A DNA stretch of 63,983 nucleotides, filler included, from Octopus bimaculoides (Eukaryota), in assembly GCF_001194135.2 (NCBI RefSeq). It is 5 parts of 5 records of this genome, joined end to end, with 100 filler letters (N's around TTAATTAATTAA, not from the genome) between each part and the next. Parts side by side here need not be neighbours in the genome. Positions count along the whole stretch, not along the records: positions 33,503 to 56,461 come from NC_068982.1; positions 56,562 to 62,539 come from NC_068985.1; positions 62,640 to 63,983 come from NC_068994.1; 2 more parts are not named here. One strand, written 5' to 3'. Shown here in pieces: positions 53,280 through 63,983 of the stretch. Made by a program: the position numbers and the translations under genes. The stretch's first letter is position 1; the number at the start of each line of letters is the position of its first letter. The notes beneath the pieces are model-generated. The model ran no database searches. It was not told the origin of the DNA and was given only the letters and a program-made list of their open reading frames with translations.

Positions 53280-54110
53280 TTTTTCATGTGCTGAATCCAA
53301 ATCTGGAATCCATATTTCTCATCACGTCTTGATTCCAAGACACCCAAACATTACTAGATGATATGCGTGGACTTTAAGATCGTCATTTTTTTCCTGGGGG
53401 CAACAATAAAAGGATATACCAAATAGTCATCCTTTTTATTAATGTAAGAGAGCTGAGACATGGAAAAACACTGGGTAATCAGTAATCAAAGAATGGCCTT
53501 AGCAAACACTAGTTCCAGGGCATTTTAATGTGGTTGAAGAGCCTTTGTTCAACCGGCAGAAAATCATCCTACCTCCACTCAAAAGTGGCATTTCGAAGCA
53601 GTTTCTTAAAGCTCTTTATAAAGATGAACCATGCTTTCACAATATCTGCAGCATATTTTACGGTCTGAGCAGTGAAAAGATAAAAGCTGGAATATTTTAT
53701 GGGCCTCAAACCAGAAAATTGATGAAAGATGGGAACTTAGTATATTCAATGAATTGTATTGAAGCAGCAGGATAGAATTCATTTGTAATGGTTGTAAAAT
53801 GACTTCCTAGAAAACAAGAATGAGGCCAACTGTGCCAGAATAATCGAAAACATGCCGAAGAACTTACAAAAGTGGAAGCAAATATGATCACTAGGCTGCA
53901 CAGTCACCTTGAGAAATTCTCTGAAAATCTTGGTATCACAAGTGAGGATCAGGCAAAACCTTTCCATCAAGACATGAAATCAATGGAACGAAGATATCAA
54001 GGCTCATGAGACTTGCATATGTTGGCGGACTAATGCTGGAACTTGACTCGTGATCTTTCTGAGGTTCAGTACTTAAGAAAATCATTCAATTGCAAATTCA
54101 TGGAAAATTA
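53280..54110 (+). mobile_element. DNA transposon remnant, tentatively Chapaev3 (CMC) type
   Basis: ICVDFK...GYTK, QKIILPPL, KQFLKAL, KAGIFYGPQ, HLEKFSENLG.TSEDQ...FHQDMKSMERRYQG, MLAD*CW; family assignment from memory of these motifs. Confidence 0.7.
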
Positions 54111-54230
54111 GGCATAATCAGTGATATGGTTTGTCTGTAGAAATTTTAAAATTTTTATTAGCTTTTTGTAGAAAACATTCTATTTTGAAAATAAATAAAT
54201 GAATGAATGGTGAATAGGAAGGGGTATCCC

Positions 54231-54268
<38 letters not shown>

Positions 54269-54754
54269 ACCTATCTATGTAATCTGTCTGACTATCTATC
54301 TATCTGTGTCTCTGTCTATCTATCTATCCATCTATCTATCTATCAGCCTGTCTACCTACCTATATTTCTATCTATCCATCTCTATTGTCAATGGAACCTG
54401 ACCCCCACAAAAAAAAACAAAAAGAATCTTCTCTTCTTATAAACAAAACCCCCCAAAAAACATCTGTTTTATATAAATGAACAAGCTGTTTGTACATTCA
54501 CAATATTTTATTTGACAATTTCGAGAAACAAACGAAAGCGCTAATAATAATAAAGAAATANNNNNNNNNNNNNNNNNNNNNNNNNNNNNNNNNNNNNNNN
54601 NNNNNNNNNNNNNNNNNNNNNNNNNNNNNNNNNNNNNNNNNNNNNNNNNNNNNNNNNNNNNNNNNNNNNNNNNNNNNNNNNNNNNNNNNNNNNNNNNNNN
54701 NNNNNNNNNNNNNNNNNNNNNNNNNNNNNNNATATATATATATATATATATATA

Positions 54755-55320
54755 CTGTTGCGTCTGGGAAGAGTCATTCTTTTTTAGTGCCTTATTTATT
54801 TAACACACTCACCGGTAAAATTTCCATTCGTTTATTTATTTATTTTTCTAAAATGTCCATGCATCTTACAAGTTTTTCAATAATTGTTGACTCTGTCCGT
54901 TATTCAAGTTGCGTTCTTTTTGTTTGTTTGTGCGTATGTTTGTGGATCAGTGTGTGTGTGTGCATACACATGTGTGTATGTATTATGTATGTATGTATGT
55001 TTGTATATATGTGTGTATATGTGTGTATATGTGTGTATATGTTATGTAGATGTGTGTGTATATGTATATGTGTGCATATGTTATGTAGATATACGTACGT
55101 GTGCTTGTCTGTTCATATTACCTATGTACCTATCCGTCTATATGTCTATCTGTTTACTTTCATATCCATTTGCCTACATACATGTGCATATACACATACA
55201 CATATACACATGCACACACACATACATGCATGTATCTACATAACAGGCCACCAACTATTCTACCTGTATATAAATATAAACTGTGCGTATGGGGGTATGA
55301 TTATCTACTACATATATTTC
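54755..55320 (-). mobile_element. Microsatellite-containing repeat, same family as the PLE 5' region at 58900-59870
   Basis: gagtcattct...caccggtaaaatttcc...ggatcagtgtgt...tatgtacctatccgtct...ataaatataaactgtg shared. Confidence 0.75.
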
Positions 55321-55374
55321 CTATTTAGTACTGGGGATGTTTCATTTGTATATATATATATATGTACATATATA

Positions 55375-56295
55375 TATCAGGTCATTAAGAATGAAATGTC
55401 CGATTTTGAACTGAAAGCTTATATTACTTTATCTCAATAAAAAGCAATGCAGTTAATCAAAGTATGCACCTAAATTATCAACACAATTTTCCCATTTTAT
55501 CGGCACCTTGTTTATGCCGTCAGCCAAGAATTCTGGAGGGCAAGAGGTGATGATATCACGAAAGGCTGTTTTTGCATCTGTTTTAGATTTGAAGTTTTTT
55601 CCTTGCAAAAAGTTGTCGAATGCCTGGAAAATGTTATAGTCAGTGGTGCAAGGTCTAGTGAATATGGCGGATGGCAGAGTACTTCCAGGTTCAGTTCCTG
55701 TAACTTGAGTAGCTTTCTTTGTGCAACATGTGGTCGAGCATTGTTTTGCTAGAGAATTGGCTTGCCTTTATTGACCAATCTCGGTTGCTTAATTGCAAGT
55801 TCACTCACCATTTCATCCAGCTGGTTGATATATACATCCGCTGTAATTGACTTACCAGGTCTCATGAGGCTGTAGTGAATGACACCAGCGCTGGACCACA
55901 AAACAGACACCATTAGTTTTTTGGGGTTAATATTCTTTTTTAGATTGTGTTTTGGCACTTCGTCTCTATCCAAGCATCGTACAGAAAGCTTGGTATGGAA
56001 AAGAATCCATTTTCATCACACGTAACAATACGATGCAAAAATGGTTCGCTTTTATGCTGTGACAGCAAAGAACAGCAAGTTTCAAGATGACGTGTCATTT
56101 GATGCTCGCTGAGTTCATGTGGTTCCCACTTGCCCAGCTTCTTTACTTTGCCAGTTTATTTCAGATGATCCGATACAGTTGGAATCGAAACATCAAACCT
56201 TGCTGCTAAATCACACTAGTTTGAGATGTATCCGCTTCCATTACAGCTTCCAGCTCATCATTATCCACCTTTGGTCACAGGTCTAACATTTGCTC
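55375..56295 (-). mobile_element. Mariner (Hsmar1/cecropia-like DD34D) remnant, catalytic half
   Basis: MVSVLWSSAGVIHYSL...KQPRLVNKGKPILL, then frameshifted DNARPHV and HPPYSLDLAP; TA at the 3' end. Confidence 0.85.
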
Positions 56296-56296
56296 A

Positions 56297-56331
<35 letters not shown>

Positions 56332-56374
56332 GTGTATGTATGTTTGTAGGTATGTATATATGTATGTATGTATG

Positions 56375-56408
<34 letters not shown>

Positions 56409-56430
56409 TATATGTATGTATGTATGTTTG

Positions 56431-56461
<31 letters not shown>

Positions 56462-56505
56462 NNNNNNNNNNNNNNNNNNNNNNNNNNNNNNNNNNNNNNN
56501 NNNNN

Positions 56506-56517
56506 TTAATTAATTAA
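56506..56517. other. Assembly spacer TTAATTAATTAA
   Basis: N44 on both sides. Confidence 0.9.
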
Positions 56518-56655
56518 NNNNNNNNNNNNNNNNNNNNNNNNNNNNNNNNNNNNNNNNNNNNATATATATGTAAACTTTATTAATGAGTGTAGAAATTGAT
56601 ATTAATCAATTAAAACCAGCGGTCTAGCATATTAAAAAAATCCGAAGATTAAAAT

Positions 56656-57185
56656 TATATTACATACAAAAATAAGAGGAAAGACCAGCAAAAGTGGACT
56701 CCTATATGGTAGAAATAGATGCCGAATCATCTAACCGCGAAAAAATATATATGTTCTCAGTAAAAATTCAGCGACACAACAGAATGTAAGAGGGCAAGAC
56801 AAATGAGAAATACTAAATAAAAAAACGATTGAAGACATTTGAAATGATACCCTGAATGTAATTTGTAGAACTCTACACGTGCTCCCTTTCGGGAAGACGT
56901 CTTGTGCCTAGTTCTGGAAATTGCATTGAGAATCGACGGACTACGCTGACGATCCTGCAGATATTACTTATGTCAATTTTAACAGGTGAATCCATGGTAC
57001 GTAGGTTAATCGTTTTTTTTATTTAGTATTTTTCATTTGTCTTGCCCTCTTACAATCTGTTGTGTCGCTGAAATTTTACTGAGAACATATATTTTTTTCG
57101 TGGTTAGATGATTCAGCATCTATTTCTAGCATATAAGAGTTCACTTTTGCTGGTCATTTCTCTTATTTTTGTATGTAATATATAT
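56656..57185. repeat. Head-to-head inverted repeat (about 175-bp arms) around a 177-bp spacer with an HHR
   Basis: Left arm 56656-56830 is the reverse complement of right arm 57008-57185, with scattered substitutions. Confidence 0.9.
56941..57004 (+). ncRNA. Type I hammerhead-like motif, family C
   Basis: CTACG-CTGACGA-T-CCTG...CAGG-T-GAA-[T]CCATGGT-A-CGTAG: 5-bp stem I, palindromic helix III, GUA triplet; A15.1 appears mutated to T at 56991. Confidence 0.7.
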
Positions 57186-57187
57186 AT

Positions 57188-57953
57188 ATATATGGTGGTG
57201 TCCTATTAGCTCATAGTCATAGGGTGCATTTTTGTTTTACAGTGCTTCTTCCCTGTTTGAGTTTTGCGATGGCTAAAACGAAGGAACTGCATGAAGTTCT
57301 GTTTGCTGCTGTGGAAAACGGTGGCCGAAACAGTTTTCATGCTTTAACCAGCTTACAAGGACGTTGCTAGTAGTAGGAAAACACAAGTTTACTAGTGGTT
57401 TCTATGTTTTAGGAATGGTCACTTGTCGCTTGAAGACCAAACTTATTCAGGAGAACCGCCGACCATCAGGAAGGATGACAACGTCAGGAAAATTCATCAA
57501 CTGATCGTGCAGGACCGTAACCTAACAATTGACAAACTTATTGATATGACTGGTGTGTCCTGGATCTTCGGCCAAAAAAAGGTTGCTGCAAAATTTGTGT
57601 TTCGCTTGCTCAAGGAAGATCAAGTGCGGTCACGACTGAACGGGAGTTTTGAAATGAGAGAACATCTAAAAGTTGATCCGGAACTATTTTACGAAGACCA
57701 TCATTAGTGACGAAAGCAGGTGCTACGGAATTTGCCGATGTGGAAGAGGTGAAGAAAAAAAAACGACGAAAGCGTTCAGAAGCATCACATGGCAAGAGTT
57801 CCAGCACTGCTTCGAGCAGTGGAAAACGCGCCTGGACCGATGCATTGCTTCAAATAGAGAATATTTTAAAGACGATAAAAGTGTAAACATCAAAACGAAG
57901 TGAAAAAAATAATATTGCAAAATTCTGGTTTCTTTTGTGTACCCCATTGTATA
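57188..57953 (+). mobile_element. Mariner deletion derivative (same family and junction as 12874-13487)
   Basis: SLEDQTYSGEPPT...DRNLTIDKL, ISDESRCYG fused to FADVEEVKK...FEQWKTRLDRCIASNREYFKDD; terminal taccccattgtata. Confidence 0.85.
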
Positions 57954-58239
57954 CACATAAATATGCGCACGTATATANNNNNNNNNNNNNNNNNNNNNNN
58001 NNNNNNNNNNNNNNNNNNNNNNNNNNNNNNNNNNNNNNNNNNNNNNNNNNNNNNNNNNNNNNNNNNNNNNNNNNNNNNNNNNNNNNNNNNNNNNNNNNNA
58101 TATATATATTTATATATATATATAATAAAACAAATGTGCCCTTTTAAAATCTAGCCAGGCTCATGGGCCCGGTTTCCCGGTTTCAATGGCGTTTGTGTTC
58201 CTCAGCTGGACGAGACGACAGTCCATCGCAGACAATCAA

Positions 58240-59570
58240 TTTTTCGACCTTTTTATATGTAGCGAATTTTGGTGTACTTCTAAAGCATGCATTTCATCTG
58301 TATCTCGCTGTACTGCACCATATATTCTAGAAGTGCAATTGCTGTTGTTGTTGTTGGCATTGGAGGTATTGTTTTTCGGAGTCTTGGCGCCGAAGTCCTC
58401 TGGTAGTTTACATTCCGACATGACAATCCCGTCGATATTGCTTGGGTGTTTGTATTGATTCTTACCATGCAGTGATCGTTTTAGTGGTTTCATCCACTTG
58501 AGTTTATTGTTTGTTAAAGGGATGGTTTACTCATGTTGTATGTGTCATGAATCTATCTCTTTCGTGTGGTGTAGTGGTGTTTTTAGTTCATGCAGCTGGA
58601 CTCTCTTTAATTTTTGGTACTGCTTGATTTCTGGTATTTATTTTTCTTTTTTGATGTTTTGTAACATCGTTTGTTTTAGTTTTCATGTTTGATATTCAGT
58701 GAGTCCGAGCTACTTGATAACCGTATTGACAGATTTCATGTATAGCTTGGAGGAGATGCATATTTGAATGAAGTGGAGGTGTCGGGTAGCTATTTTGATT
58801 TTTAGACAGCAGAACACGGTGTTTCTCAGCATCTTGCTAGCTTGGCCAAAGCTTATTTTATTTTGTTTTGGATTTGGTTCGCAAGATTCATTATGTGCGT
58901 CCGTGTGTTGAAGCATAGTTTGTTGTGTCTGGGGAGAGTCATTCTCTTTTGGTGTTTTATAATTTAACACACCCACCGGTAATATTTACACTCATTTACT
59001 TATTTATTTTTCTAAAATGTTCGTTGTGTCTTGCAACCTTTTCAGTAGTCGTTAACTTTGTCCGTCATCCAAGCTGCGTTCTTTGTGTTTATTTGTGAGA
59101 ATGTGTATGGATCAGTGTGTGCGTGCATACACATTTATGTATGCGTGTATGTATGTATGCGTGTATGAATGTATGCGTGTATGTATGTATGCATGCATAA
59201 AAGTGTGTGTATGCATTATGTACGTGTGTGTCTGCGTATATATATATATATAAATATATATANNNNNNNNNNNNNNNNNNNNNNNNNNNNNNNNNNNNNN
59301 NNNNNNNNNNNNNNNNNNNNNNNNNNNNNNNNNNNNNNNNNNNNNNNNNNNNNNNNNNNNNNNNNNNNNNNNNNNNNNNNNNNNNNNNNNNNNNNNNNNN
59401 NNNNNNNNNNNNNNNNNNNNNNNNNNNNNNNNNNNNNNNNNNNNNNNNNNNNNNNNNNNNNNNNNNNNNNNNNNNNNNNNNNNNNNNNNNNNNNNNNNNN
59501 NNNNNNNNNNNNNNNNNNNNNNNNNNNNNNNNNNNNNNNNNNNNNNNNNNNNNNNNNNNNNNNNNNNNNN

Positions 59571-59601
<31 letters not shown>

Positions 59602-59870
59602 GTATGTATGTATGCGTGTATGTCTGTATGTATGTAGTCTGCATATTCATGTGTTTGTGTGCTTTTATGTGTATGTGTGCTTGTCTTTACTTATTATCTA
59701 TGTACCTATCCGTCTGTATGACTATCTGTTTATTTTCAAATCCATTTACCTACATACATGTACATATACATATACATATATACACATACAAACATATACA
59801 TCTGTATAACAGTCCACTAACTATTCTATCTGTATATAAATATAAACTGTGGTTATAGGGTTATGATTAC
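58240..59870 (-). mobile_element. Probable PLE 5' region (microsatellite-rich leader plus decayed ORF N-terminus)
   Basis: ISFGQASKMLRNTVFCCLKIKIATRHLHFIQIC resembles PLE N-termini (YGQ...KIAR..NHL.F..RC); leader shared with 54755 and 60190. Confidence 0.55.
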
Positions 59871-60189
59871 CTACTCCTTTGTATTTGTCTGTTTATACCA
59901 CGTGTTCACCCCGTTTGCATTGTCACATGTTCTCTGTATCCTATTCCAGTCTTTGCTTCTATATCTAGGGAAAGTACCACTGGTTTCATTACATAAAATG
60001 TTATCAAACTACTTTCTTGTACCTGTGTATACTCGAACCCCCTCTTTCTGGTCATATCCAGACAATTGCATGCGGTGCCTGAAGTTTAGTACAGGTTTCT
60101 TCGTTTCATACGATCTGCATTTTGGGGACACGTTGTTCATTATCCTAAGTCTGCTATCAACATGCTAATTTTCATATTGTGTGACAAAG

Positions 60190-60415
60190 CCGAACGCGCA
60201 CAAACATACAAAAAGAAAGCAGCTTGGAAAGCAATTATTGAAAAGTTTACAAGACGCAACGAAATAAGTGAAAAATAAATGAATGGAAATTTTACCGGTG
60301 TGTGTGTTAAATTATAAGGCACTAAAAGAGAATGACTCTCTCCAGACACAACAGAATATGCTTCAACATACGAACTCACATGAAGTATCTTGCAAACCAA
60401 ATCTAAAAGCGAAAT
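60190..60415 (+). mobile_element. Inverted partial copy of the 58860-59100 segment
   Basis: aaagagaatgactctctccagacacaacagaatatgcttcaacatac is the reverse complement of 58905-58950. Confidence 0.8.
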
Positions 60416-60647
60416 ATGTATGTGTATGTATATATATNNNNNNNNNNNNNNNNNNNNNNNNNNNNNNNNNNNNNNNNNNNNNNNNNNNNNNNNNNNNNNN
60501 NNNNNNNNNNNNNNNNNNNNNNNNNNNNNNNNNNNNNNNNNNNNNNNNNNNNNNNNNNNNNNNNNNNNNNNNNNNNNNNNNNNNNNNNNNNNNNNNNNNN
60601 NNNNNNNNNNNNNNNNNNNNNNNNNNNNNNNNNNNNNNNNNNNNNNN

Positions 60648-60680
<33 letters not shown>

Positions 60681-62504
60681 ATCTATATAAACATCTACAT
60701 ATCTTACTTAATAAAGACACATCGTCGATATTGCAGTTACTTCATTTTTGAAGCGAGATAACACTTATTGTCAACGTGCTGTGTTAACAACACGTCAAAG
60801 GCAGACTAAAATTGATCTCATCTGACACTAGTAAGAACATCACATGTACTTCGTGCATTTTTAGCCGCCTTTTCCAATGGTATATGCTCGCATTCAACTC
60901 CATGCTCGATCGAGGACTTATTGTTTCTGAAACTGGAAAATATGGGTAAAATAGTCAATGATGATGGGAATAGCCGCCCAACGGAATAGAAATTTGGTTC
61001 ATTAAACTGAGGACGTATTAAATTATAATAGCCATGTGCATAGTATACTTAATGTATGCACAATTTTAAGATGTATCAGTCAAATTACTGCAGTAATTGG
61101 CTTGTATAAATATTCTGAAATTGTACAAAATTTATGACTAGCACTGTTGCATGAAATCTGAAATAACAATGGACTTTATAAGGAAATAGAAAATTTCCCA
61201 AGTCTCAATATTTGTAATGAGACAAAACATGGAGCCTAACGAAACACAAGCGTAAGATCACTCTGATAGGAACGTAAATACCCTGCACAGGTTTGATGTA
61301 TATATGTAGTGGGTATTGAGACAAGAATGTAAATCTAGTAGTTAAGCGTTAATCAATCATCTTAATTTATTCCTTGACTGCATTCTCCTCATAGTTCCGC
61401 GCCGGTACTGGATAGCATGCGATTGTTCTCGAGGATAACGCCTCTGTGATATATAAGTGCACACAGAGTCATGGAAAGTACCTTGTAATACCATGATTGG
61501 TGTTATTAGCATCACTCGCCAATAATCTCTCTCTTTCTACTTATTTATCTTAATATATACAAAGCCTGCCCTTCCCTTGCTATTTCTTTCTGTCAGTTTC
61601 TCTGCTTCTCTGTCTATCCCTCTCTGTCTGACTCTGTTCCTCTCTCACTCTCTCTCACTCTCTCTCCTCTCTGTTTTCTACATTTCGAATATACTTTTCC
61701 CATCCATCTTTTAACATATCTTCTAATTCTTATTCTGTCTTCCCCCTGCAACAAACATTATAGTGTGATTTACGACTCTGACTTATGTTCTATACAGCCT
61801 TGTAGACTTCCTGGCTACAATTAAGTTTTTCTCCATTTTGAAGCAGTAATTTTCCTGAAAATTTATATACATAAACGGGCATGTATACGGTCGAACTGTA
61901 GTGACAAGTGATTAACAATGTTCATGAGTATTTACACGTTATGCTACTTTTGGTGTGGAAGCATCTAACTTTTAAGCAAATGTCTGCGTAATAAGTAACC
62001 ACACAATTTCCCCCATCGTTAATCTCTGTCCAATTGAGATTTCAAATCTGAAATGGAAGAGAAAACTAAGAGGAGGAAAGAAGAAACTACATTTCTGCAA
62101 ATATTTCCAATTGAAAGTATAGCGTGTTTAGCTTCTAGTGAAGGAAATCGTTAATTATATGCCAATGTTTAGCAATGCTGACGTAAATTTGAACACTGTG
62201 TACAGTTATACCAATTCCAATGAATCTAAATGAAGTCTTCGCATACACAATTGTGATCCATTAATCTCACAATCGACCATTGTTTATTCAACTAAAAAGG
62301 TAAAAAAAATATTTCCTTCTCGACTTTCTCAATATCTCTATTCGGATTGAATGAATTGAAAGAAGGTATGCATACACACAAGTATATGCAGACGAACGAA
62401 AGTGGGAGTGATGCAGTAAGATTCAGGGAAGAAACACACACGCACGTATGAGTGTGAATATGTACTATGCCGGTATGTCCGTATGAATAGAGATAGATAG
62501 ATAG

Positions 62505-62539
<35 letters not shown>

Positions 62540-62583
62540 NNNNNNNNNNNNNNNNNNNNNNNNNNNNNNNNNNNNNNNNNNNN

Positions 62584-62595
62584 TTAATTAATTAA
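62584..62595. other. Assembly spacer TTAATTAATTAA
   Basis: N44 on both sides. Confidence 0.9.
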
Positions 62596-62639
62596 NNNNN
62601 NNNNNNNNNNNNNNNNNNNNNNNNNNNNNNNNNNNNNNN

Positions 62640-62806
62640 AGAATAAGTCCCGGGGTCGATTTGCTCAACTAAAGGCAGTGCTCCAGCATGGCTGCAGTCA
62701 AATGACTGAAACAAGTAAAAGAGTAAAGAGTATAAAACATACAAAGTTAATTATCTGAAAGCATTTTTCTATTAGAACAAACGAAAACTGCATATTAATA
62801 CTTTTA

Positions 62807-62852
<46 letters not shown>

Positions 62853-63320
62853 CATCATTATTATTATTATTATTGTTTTGGTGGCAAGCTGGCAGAATCA
62901 TTAGCACACCGGGCAAAATATTTTGCTGTATTTCGTCCATCTTCACGTTCTGAGTTCAAATTTGCCTTTCATCCTTTGGTGGTGGTGGTGGTGGTGGTGG
63001 GGGGTCGATAAATTAAGTACCAGTAAAACACAGGGGTCGATGGTGAGGTGACAAACACAAATACATGCACTCACACACAATAGGCTTCCTCACAGTTTCT
63101 ATCTCCCAAAGTCACTCACAGAGCATTGGTTGGCCCATAGCCATAGCAGAAGACATCTGCACAAGATAGGGTATTGAACCTGACTGAAAGCACGTGGTTA
63201 CAAAGCAATCTTCCTAACCACACAACCACATTAATGATTTATAAAGTTGCTAATGGCATTGATGTAACTGACTAACCCACTCCCCTGAAATTGCTGGCCT
63301 GGTGCCAAAATTTGAAACCA
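62640..63320. mobile_element. SINE fragments (CORE-like tail, abundant SINE, minus CORE-like body)
   Basis: gaataagtcccggggtcg...; ggcagaatcattagcac...; ttgctggcctggtgccaaaatttgaaacc. Confidence 0.7.
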
Positions 63321-63952
63321 ACATTATTTTTATTGAATAAGCAGGTTGGCTGCTAAGAATGCATTAGTTATGCAAATTGGCTAATCCAATTTACTGGAGC
63401 TCTTCTCAGAACAAAATGCAGTACAGCCTGAAATTACATACAAACAAGTATTGGTTAGTAAACTGTACCATGCTTTTGCTAAATGTTTTAGATGCCTATG
63501 CAGCAGTAGGTAGACATAGATAGCCCTTACGCTTGGTCCAGTGGAATACCTAATGTGTGGTAGCTAGCAGGGAGATAACTGCACCAACAGCCGGTTGGTA
63601 CTCATTTATATTTCACTAGATTGGAGTAACATAAAGTGAGGTGTCTTGTACGAAGATATAACATGTTGTTTGATCCAGGAAATGAGCTTACAACCTTCCA
63701 TGATCCATATATATTTCCTTTATGTCGTGAATTAGAAGTTGAGTCTTTCTGTTAATTTTTTTTTATTGTATAGACTTAGTAACATAGTCTCCAAGTAATT
63801 CCGAATTTATTAGGAACGTTTGTTGAGCACTTTGGTAAAAAAAAAAAAAAAGATAGTTCAGTAACACTACTTATGATGTATCTTTGTAGAGCATATACAT
63901 GTATTGGTACTGAGTGTGTGTGTGTGTAATATGGATATATGTATATACACAC

Positions 63953-63983
<31 letters not shown>

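Noticed and set aside
61440-61500. TATATAAG followed by ATG as a promoter
   Set aside because: Common word in AT-rich DNA with no ORF or exon support.
1-63983. CRISPR array, rRNA, protocadherin or C2H2 zinc-finger exons
   Set aside because: No regularly spaced direct repeats, rRNA signatures, cadherin motifs or C2H2 linkers were seen.

Overview
AT-rich, microsatellite-dense eukaryotic DNA from a gapped draft assembly. The SINE families and simple-repeat landscape look like an octopus (coleoid cephalopod) genome; this is recognition from the sequence, not a database match. I cannot support any intact host protein-coding gene, rRNA, functional tRNA or CRISPR array. Almost all ORFs in the track are microsatellite or N-gap artefacts, or pieces of decayed transposons. 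Recognisable elements: a near-complete fossil Penelope-like element (PLE) with YRDDG at 42814 plus several PLE fragments; three R4/Dong-type and three RTE-type LINE fragments; one maT/DD37D-like and five mariner remnants; a probable Chapaev3-type remnant; four tRNA-derived SINE families. The main signal is a set of minimal type I hammerhead ribozyme (HHR)-like motifs from up to five sequence families. Three of them lie at the apex or in the spacer of head-to-head inverted repeats (35832-36089, 50912-51071, 56656-57185). Four 100-bp N44-TTAATTAATTAA-N44 spacers are assembly joins, so order and distance across them are not established.
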